A DNA stretch of 64,000 nt from Dictyostelium discoideum (Eukaryota), in contig CM000154.2 in the NCBI GenBank assembly GCA_000004695.1, positions 992,001 through 1,056,000 of the forward strand, given 5' to 3'. The notes under the pieces are model-generated. The model did no database searches and was not told where the DNA came from. It worked only from the letters and a program-made list of their open reading frames with translations. The first letter of the stretch is position 1; each line of letters opens with the position of its first letter. This document shows positions 56,077 to 64,000 of this stretch, piece after piece. The position numbers and the translations under genes were made by a program.

Positions 56077-56420
56077 CAACTGACAATTTAAATGAAAGCA
56101 ATGGTTCAGTAACTCCACCACCAACAAGTGTCAGTAGAAGACAAAGTATAAGTAGTGGTATCGGTTCATTATTAAAGAAAGCTGTACCATCCTCACCATC
56201 CTCTTCAAAAGAAGAAAAGAAAGAAAAAGATGATACATTAAATAAATCTTCTGCATCTTTAACAAAAGAAGAAAAGAAAGAAAAAGAAAAAATTGAAAAG
56301 GAACTAAAAGAAAAAGAAAAACGTGAAAAAGAAGAAAGAAAGAAAAAAGAAAAAGTAGAGAAAAAAGAAAAAGAAAAGCGTGAAAAAGAAGAAAAGAAAA
56401 AAGAGAAATCAGTTAAATAA
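53172..56420 (+). CDS. Very large Lys/Glu-rich coiled-coil protein with an acidic poly-Asp/Ser block and (ENERL)n pentapeptide repeats; single ORF
   Basis: The first ATG in frame is at 53172 ('gaaATGagtggtaga'). The N-terminal 350 aa is heptad-like coiled coil. The rest is almost entirely E/K/R/L charged repeats ending '…KEKSVK*'. Confidence 0.6.
55255..55392 (+). repeat. 15-bp in-frame tandem repeat (gaaaatgaaagatta)n, about 9 copies, encoding ENERL
   Basis: It is read directly at 55261-55390. A second 15-mer array (gaagaaaaagaaaaa)n lies at 55497-55575. Confidence 0.9.
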
Positions 56421-56761
56421 TAAATTAATAAACATTTATTTTTTTGTGTATTTATAAAATTTTATTTTTATTAATATAATTTTATTTTTATTTATTTCCA
56501 ATCATTTTTTTTTTTTTTTTTCAAAAAATTCATAAAAATATCTTTATCCGATCATCTCCGATTTTTTGGGAAGTAAAAATAGATTTACAGAAAATAAAAA
56601 AAAAAAAATGAAAAACTAAAAGCGCTGTGTGTATTAAAAAAAGATAAAAAAAAAAAATAAAAATTCTTGTTCTTTTTTTGTTTTTTTTCTATTTCTTTTT
56701 TTTACTAATTTTTTTTGTTTACTTTTTATTTTTTATTTTTTATTATTTCTTTTTTTTTTTT

Positions 56762-57711
56762 TTAATCATCTTGATTCACAGGTGATTTTGTGTAAACAAC
56801 TGAACCTGAATCAAAACCACCCTCTTCATCATCTTCATCATCTTCATCTTCTTCATCTTCTTCGTCACTACTTTCTTGTTGTTGTCGTCTTTTATTATAT
56901 TTTAATTTCATACTTTCAAACTTTTCAACTAAAGTTGAACCCTTAAATACAACCGAACCTGAATCAAAACCACCCTCTTCAATATCGTCATCGTCATCAT
57001 CATCATTTTTAATGATTGAACCATTCTTGGAAAATACAACAGTACCAGAACTTGAAGTTTTACTACTATTATTATTATTGTTATTATAAATAAATGTACC
57101 ACCATTATTTGAGGTATCTTCAGTTCCATCCTCTCTCATAACGGTGGCTCTTTGAGTGATTGTATTAATTTTAAGTAAAGTTCCTTTTTGAAGTCCAGCT
57201 GAAGAAACAGATGAACCGTGTTGTCTTTCATCACCACCGCCATTAACATCATCATAATCATCACCCTCTTCTGCCTCTTCTGCTTCTTCTTCCTCTGCTT
57301 TCTTTCTCCTATATTCTTTCATGGTTGGTATACATTGTTCTACCATTTCACTGATGGTTGGTTGTGAATGTTCTTTTCCTTTCTTTATGAAAGGATGATT
57401 CAATAAATCCACTGCTGATGGTCTTTTATCGGCCTCTTTATTTAAACAAACTGAAATGAAATCATTAAATTCTGGTGACCAATTACCAGGTACCTCTAAT
57501 GTTGGTGCTTGTCTAAATGGAATAACAAATATAACTTTAACTGGATTTAAATTAAATAATGGTGGTTTTGATTCTGCCATCTCTATCGCTGTTATACCTA
57601 AAGACCAAATATCTGCTTTACTATCATATCCATTCGATCCTTTTGGTGGTGATATAACTTCTGGTGACATCCAATATCTTTTTTTTTTTTTTTTTTTTTA
57701 ATTATCACATG

Positions 57712-57804
<93 letters not shown>

Positions 57805-58608
57805 TAATAATAATAATAATAATAATAGTAATAATAATGATAATAATAATATTAATATAGATATAAATATTAGTATTTATTATTTTATAATTTATTAATT
57901 AATTATAAAAGATATTAGTAATATATTAATAATAAAATAAAATTAAAAAATACTTACGGAGAACCAACAACAGTTTTTTGTTTAAAACCAGTATTTACAA
58001 GGATTGCAGAAACACCAAAATCAGCCAATTTAGCTTGACCCAGTTTATTTACCAAGACATTACCAGCTTTAATATCACGATGTAAAATTTTATTTGAATG
58101 AAGATATACAAGACCCTCTACTATTTGATAGAGTATGGCAGCGATTTGTGCCTCTGTAAGTGTTATGGAACACATTTGCATTATATCTAAAATACTACCA
58201 CCATCACAATATTCCATAACAATCATTAGATTATTCTCTTTTATATAACAACCATGGTATTTGACAATGTATGGACAACGAACTGTATTCTTTAAAATTG
58301 TAATCTCTTTCTTTAATGAAGAATTCTCTTCTCCTTCCATCTCTAAAAATTTAATTGCCACAACTTCATTATTAACTGTATTTATACACGTACATACAAC
58401 TCCAAATGATCTGATCATAATAATTTATATATATATACTTATTAATATTTGATAATATATATTTTATTTTATTTTATTTTATTTTTTTATTTTTTTTATT
58501 TATATTATATATATATTACCCTTGACCAATAACTTCTAAAACTCTAAATAATTGTTCTGGATCTTCTTCTGAGATTTCAGATTTCATAGTTTTATCTACA
58601 TTATCCAT
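56762..58608 (-). CDS. STE20-family Ser/Thr protein kinase of the MST/Hippo (GCK-II) type; exons 58608-58520, 58410-57958, 57677-56762
   Basis: Exon 1 'MDNVDKTMKSEISEEDPEQLFRVLEVIGQG' plus exon 2 'SFGVVCTC…VAIKF' form the glycine loop. 'HRDIKAGNVLV' and 'AKLADFGVS' are present. Exon 3 reads '(P)YWMSPEVI…ADIWSLGITAIEMAESKPP…IFVIP' (compare MST1 'ADIWSLGITAIEMAEGKPPY…IFMIP'). Donors are 'gg|GTAATA' and 'cc|GTAAGT'; acceptors are 'gatcAG' and 'aaaaAG'; both are in phase. The acidic tail has the duplicated motif 'EEGGFDSGSVV'. Confidence 0.85.
57715..57852. repeat. (TAA)n microsatellite in kinase intron 2
   Basis: It is read directly between the acceptor at 57678 and the donor at 57957. Confidence 0.9.
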
Positions 58609-58937
58609 TTTTTTCTTTTATTTGTTTATTTTATAGATTAAAATAATTTTTAATAAACTTATTTTTATTATTATTTCTTCTTTTCCTAAAAATTCTGTTT
58701 TTTTCTTATTTTTTTTTTTTATGTAAACTTTTTAAATATTTATAATGTTAAAATTTTTTTTATTTTTTTTTATTTTTTTTCTTCTAGTACTGATATATTT
58801 TGTATTGGTATTATTATAATTATATAAATTGTAAGAGTGCGTTTTGTGGGTGTGATTTTTTTTTTTATTATTTTTTTTAGTTAATTGCAATTTTAAAAAA
58901 CTTTTTTTTTTTTTATTTTGAAATTTTTACATATAAT

Positions 58938-58977
<40 letters not shown>

Positions 58978-59211
58978 AAAATTAAAAAAAAAAAAAAAAC
59001 ATTTTTTAGCAGGCGCCGCTGTCCAATCTGATTTTGAATGGCTTGACAAAGATAGATATTTTACAAAATTTCAAGTTTCAGAAAAAAAAAAAATTAAAAA
59101 AAATAAAAAAAATTAAAAAATAAATAACAAAAATCATATGCACTTAGACACTTTTTTTTTTTTTCTTTTTTTTTTTTTCTTTTTTTTTTTTTTTATGTAT
59201 ATATATTTATT

Positions 59212-59488
59212 TTATTCTTGCGATGGTTGATTATCTTGAGTTATTGTGTCGTTAGTATTATTGTCGACAGTTTCGTCAGGTGTTGAGGTTGTTGTTTGAT
59301 CTTCAGGTTTTACTCTTATTGGAGGTCTTTTTGTGATTTTAGTGGTTGGAGTTAAAGATGGTGGTAATATATTTGATGGAATTGGTGTTTGGGCAGTTTT
59401 TAATCTTAATCTTTTCTTTGGTTGGTTTGGTGTCGTGACGGTGGTTGTTGTTGGAATTGGAGTTGGAGTGGTTGGAATTGTAGTATTG

Positions 59489-59553
<65 letters not shown>

Positions 59554-62500
59554 GTTAGTAGTGGTGGTGGTTGATTCACCTCCAATAGTTGAGGCAGTAG
59601 TATTTGGAGTTGAAGATGGTGAGCTTGAAATTGATTGACTTTCGTTGGTATTATTATTTTCATCAATCATTTGATTTTCATCATCTTGGTTGATTGAATC
59701 ATCGATTTCACCTTCTTCATCCAACTTATCGGTATCATTAGAATCATCTATCTCACCTTCATCATCAGAGATTGTGATTGCAGTTGTTGAACCATCAACC
59801 ATCTTTTGTTTCTTTGATGTATGTACTGATTCTTCCAATTCTTCAGCATTTTCATCATCATCTATTATATTTGAATCATCATTTGTAAGTATTGGTGATT
59901 CTGGTTGAATATCAGTGGTTGAAGTTGTTCCAACTGATTCAGTATTGGTTGCAGGTGTAATTTGAGTTGGTGTACTGGTAGTAGCGATAGTTGGAGTAAA
60001 TAATGATGATTGTTGACCAAATATAGATGGTTGTGAAGAGAAAATACTTGGTGTTGGTGTTATGGTGGCAGTGGTTGAGATTGATTGTGGTGAAAGTACA
60101 GGGGTTTGTTTAAAGATTGCTGGGGTTGGGGTAGTTGGAATGGCAGGTGAAGTAACAGTGGTAGTAGTTGGAGTAGTGGTTGTGGTAGTATTTGCAACAT
60201 TTGACATATTACTTAAAAATGAAGACATTCCAGGTGTTGGTTGCCTTTTTATGACACGTTTTTTTGGTTGTTCAACTGGTACAGGTGGTGGGATTGGTGT
60301 TGCTATATTAGTGGCGGTTGCTGGTATTATTGTAGTTGAGGTTGTAGTGGTTGGAGTTATAGGGGTTGGAGTAACAGGTGGTGCAAGTATATTTGTAGTG
60401 GTTGGAGTAGTTGGAGTTGAAACAACAGTTGGAGTGGTATTATTATTATTATTATTAATATTATTGGCATTATTTAAAGCTGAAGCTTTTTTCATTGATT
60501 CAAAAACTTTTAATTTTGATTTTGCTTCATCAGTTAATTTTTTATAATCATCAGCTAGTTTCTTATAATCCTCAGCTAATTTTCTAGTATCTTCTAATTG
60601 TTTCTTTAATGCTTCAATTTCTTCATTATTTGCCTGTTGTTGTTGAATTTGTTGTTTATTGGCTTGTTTATTTGCGTTGGCGATTTGAATTTTCTTTCTT
60701 AATTCTTGATTCTCTTTAAGAGTTTGTTCATTGGTTGCTGTGTTTGAATCCAATTGTTGTTTTGTGGTTGAAAATAATTCCTTTTGTTGAGTTAACGATT
60801 GATCCAATTCTAATTTATCTTTTTTGAATTTTACAGCTTCTTCTTTCCAATGTTTGGTATGTTTCTTTAAGTCTTCATATTGTTTCTTGTTATCCTCCAA
60901 TTGTTTCTTCAAGTCCTCCAATTGTTTCTTCAAATCCTCCAATTGTTGTGTTAATTCTTGATTCTCACGAATTGTAGTTTCATTGGTTTCCAAAAGTTTT
61001 TGATGTACTTCAGGATCGATGGATTGATATTTATTTAATAATTTCTGAACTTTACCAGACCAATTGGTGATTTCAATCTTTTGGGCCTCGATTTCATTGT
61101 GAAGTATTTGATTCTCTGCTAAAAGTTTCTTATTGGATTCGGTTAGAGGTAAGAGATGATCTTGAGATTGTTTTAATTTCTCTTGTAATTCTTGAACTTG
61201 AGCACCCAATTTTCTAGTTTCATCCTTTAACATGATATTACTCTCTTTGAATAGATTCATTTGTTCTAATTGAGCCAACACCTCTTGATGTTTTCTAGTG
61301 CTAACGGTAAGAGTACGCATATTCTCTTGTTCTTCTTGAAGTTTCTTTGTGACGGTTTCAATTGCTTTTTGATTGGCAGCGATGGTTGATTTCAAACGAA
61401 TATTCTCTTGTTGCAATGATTCATTCTTAACTTCGGTGATCTTTTGTTCTCTTGCTTGAACTTGAACCAATTCCTTGAGATTATTAATTTCATCCTCACT
61501 AACTTGAACCAAACCATTACCAACACTTGATGATGATGATAATTGACTATATCTATCAATTTGTTGAGTTTGTTGATTAATATTCTCAATTTGACTATGT
61601 AATAAATTATTATGATGCTTAAGATCCTTGAGACGTTCTTCCAATTCTTGAATTTGTTGTTTCAACAATTGCTCTTGTTGAATCCAAGATTGTTTGGCTT
61701 GTTCCAATTCTTGAGAGTTTGAATCAATCTTTATTTGCATTTGGTTAATGGTTTTTCTAGCTTCTACCAAATCATCTCTAAGCTTTGGAAGTACTTTAAT
61801 ATCCTCAGCATGTAACACAACCTCACGTTCATAGTTTTCAGTTGCTTTTCTACAAAGTTGATGTTGTAATTTAGCTTCATCCAATGCCAATTGTTGATCT
61901 TTTGTCAATTGTTGAATCTTTTCATAGAGTTGTTGTTTTTCAGCCAAAATTGAATCCTTCTCTGCAATGATTGAATTAATATCCTTTTGATGGCTTGAAG
62001 AGAAGTTTTCTAATTTCTCCAATTTAATTTGTTGTTCTTTAATAGTTTCTTGACTTTTAGCTAATTCTGCTTGTGCATCTTTTAATCTTTCCTCTAATTC
62101 TACCTTTGTTTTTGTATATTCTTCTTTTAATTGTGATAAATCATTTTCATTTGAAATTGCAATACTCTTATAATGAACAATATTATCTTTTTCTTGTGCT
62201 AATAAATCCTTTAAACTTTCAATTTCAGATTTAGCAAGTGATAAATCTAAATTATCTTGTTGTTGTTGTTGTTGTTGTTGTAGTTTTTGTTGTTGATTAT
62301 TATTATTATTATTATTAGTTGATAAAGTAGAAGAAGTAGTTGGTGAAATTGTTAATTGATTTGATTGAGTTCTTTCAATTATAGTATTATATCTTAATTC
62401 TGATTGATTTAATTGATTTTCTAAAAATGTAATCTTTTGTAGTAAAGTTTGTTCAGAAACTTTTAATTTAATGATAGATTCTTTAAGATCTGATAATTCT

Positions 62501-63225
62501 TTTTCTTTCTTTTCGAAACGTTCACGAGATTCATTGATTTGATGAGTCATTGCTATTGAGGTTTCTTTATGTTGTTGTTTCTCTTGATCCAATTCTTTCT
62601 TTAATTGAATACGTTGAGTTTCCAAAAGAGTTAAATCATTCTCAATTCTTCTTCTTAGTTCTGTCTCTGAGGATTCTTTTGAGGCATTCAATTGATTAAC
62701 TTTATCCAATAGATTTTCAATTGAAAGTTTCTCCAATGATAAAGTTTTGTTCATTTCAATTAAACGTTCTTCAGATGCACGAATTAATTGATTCTCACCT
62801 TTAATATTTGATAAACGTAGTTCAGCTTGTGATTTAAATTCCTCTGAACGTGAAAGTTGTGAATTTAAATTCTCAATGGATTGTTGATGTCTAACAACGG
62901 CATCCATTAATTCTTGATTCTTTTTACGATATTGTTCCAAATCTTGTGATTGATTCTTAACACTATCGGTTGAAATTTGTAATCTCTCCTTAAAGATTGT
63001 ATTTTCACTTTGAATTTGTGAGATTTGAATCTTTAATGAAGTGTTTTGTTCTCTCATTTGTTCAATCTTTCCTAATAATTCCTTATCACTAATTGATCTA
63101 TCCTTCATAACTTGTTCATAATCTTTTTGAAGTAATTGATATGATTGTTTAATCTTTTCTAATTCTTGTGTTAAAATTTCATTTGATTGTTGTTGTTGAA
63201 TTAATGTTGAAGATGATAATAATGA

Positions 63226-63261
<36 letters not shown>

Positions 63262-64000
63262 TTTAATACTATTATTGAAACTATCATTCATACTATTATT
63301 ATTATTATTATTTTTATTGATACTACCATTCATACTACTATCATTTAACATACCATTTGTTGAAGATGATAAATCTGATAATGTCATCATACCACCACTA
63401 CTGCTATTATTGTTGTTATTATTACCCACTTGATTAATTGGTTGAGAATTTGGAGAACTTACATTTTTATAATGATCTCTTTGTTTAACTAATGATTGAA
63501 TCATTTCAGCTTGACGTTCTCTTGCAGTCTTAAGATGATCCAATTCTTTCAAAGCCATTTCAAGTTTTTTATCATTTTCATTATGAGATTGAATATCTTG
63601 AGAAAGGATTCTAATTTGTCTAAGAAGATCTTGATTTCTTAATTGAAGTTCTTCAATGTTTGTAAAAGTAATTAATGAATCTGGTATGATTGAATCATCT
63701 GATGAGGTTGAGGTTGAATTATTTAATACACTATTTCCAAATAATGTTGATTGCTGACCATTAAATTGTGATTTATTTAATTGTGATTGTGATTGTAATT
63801 GTTTCTTTTCCAAAGCTTCTTGTAATAAACATCTAATTTGTTTTTGAAGATCGTTTATCTCTTGTTTCAATTTATTATTTTCTGATGATATGGTGGTGAC
63901 TTTTAATGATAATGTTTCCTTTTGAGATTGTAATTGTTGATAACTATTTAAGAGTTTCTCTTGACTCTTCAAGAGACGTTGATATTCACGATTTTGCTCA
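59212..64000 (-). CDS. Giant coiled-coil protein (TPR/Mlp nucleoporin-like or golgin-like) with Thr/Pro-rich and acidic C-terminal tail; the 5' end lies beyond the window
   Basis: The continuous minus-strand ORF is still open at position 64000. The first ~1150 aa shown are heptad coiled coil ('LEDLKKQLEDLKKQLEDNKKQYEDLKK…'). The C-terminus is 'TTPT…PVTPTPITPTTTT', followed by an acidic 'DDEGEIDDSNDTDKLDEEGEIDDS' block and basic 'KKRLRLKTAQTPIP…KRPPIRVKPE' patches that look like NLSs. The stop TAA is at 59212-59214. Confidence 0.6.

Overview
This window is AT-rich (about 75-80% A+T) eukaryotic nuclear DNA, not prokaryotic. Genes are interrupted by short AT-rich introns with GTAAGT/GTATGT donors and (T/A)nAG acceptors. 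Coding regions carry long AAT (poly-Asn), CAA (poly-Gln) and acidic codon runs. Intergenic DNA is homopolymeric A/T. All of this is typical of a dictyostelid social amoeba (Dictyostelium-type) chromosome arm. The assembly is draft quality, with two 100-N gaps at 48384-48483 and 49185-49284. Operon, CRISPR and defence-island concepts do not apply here. In the supplied ORF track, 'M' often stands for TTG or GTG, so I re-derived every start codon and intron by hand.

I can support about 21 protein-coding genes plus one frameshifted pseudogene. In order along the window:
- a pentatricopeptide (PPR) protein (-)
- an isopentenyl-phosphate-kinase-type amino-acid kinase (-)
- a 2.2-kaa CLU-domain + TPR-like + Cys-LRR protein (+)
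- a Cys-rich, probably GPI-anchored surface protein (-)
- a 3.4-kb gene-free mosaic of direct and inverted repeats
- a DIPP-type Nudix hydrolase (+)
- a ~2.9-kaa neurobeachin/LRBA-like protein that has the ARM/ConA-like N-terminal modules but terminates without any BEACH/WD40 region (+)
- a Josephin/UfSP-like papain-fold cysteine protease (+)
- the Dnmt2 homologue dnmA (-, 3 exons, 379 aa)
- a four-exon P2X receptor (+)
- a frameshifted pseudogene of an amoeba-specific family
- a p24/emp24 cargo receptor (-)
- a Cys-rich tandem-repeat secreted protein with an in-frame TAA (-)
- several low-complexity or coiled-coil proteins
- an MST/Hippo-type STE20 kinase (-)
- a giant TPR/Mlp-like coiled-coil gene truncated by the window edge (-)

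I found no tRNA, rRNA or recognisable intact transposon. The most interesting items are the BEACH-less neurobeachin paralogue, the repeat mosaic at 12.7-15.9 kb, the CLU-LRR fusion, and the Cys-rich repeat gene with an internal stop.
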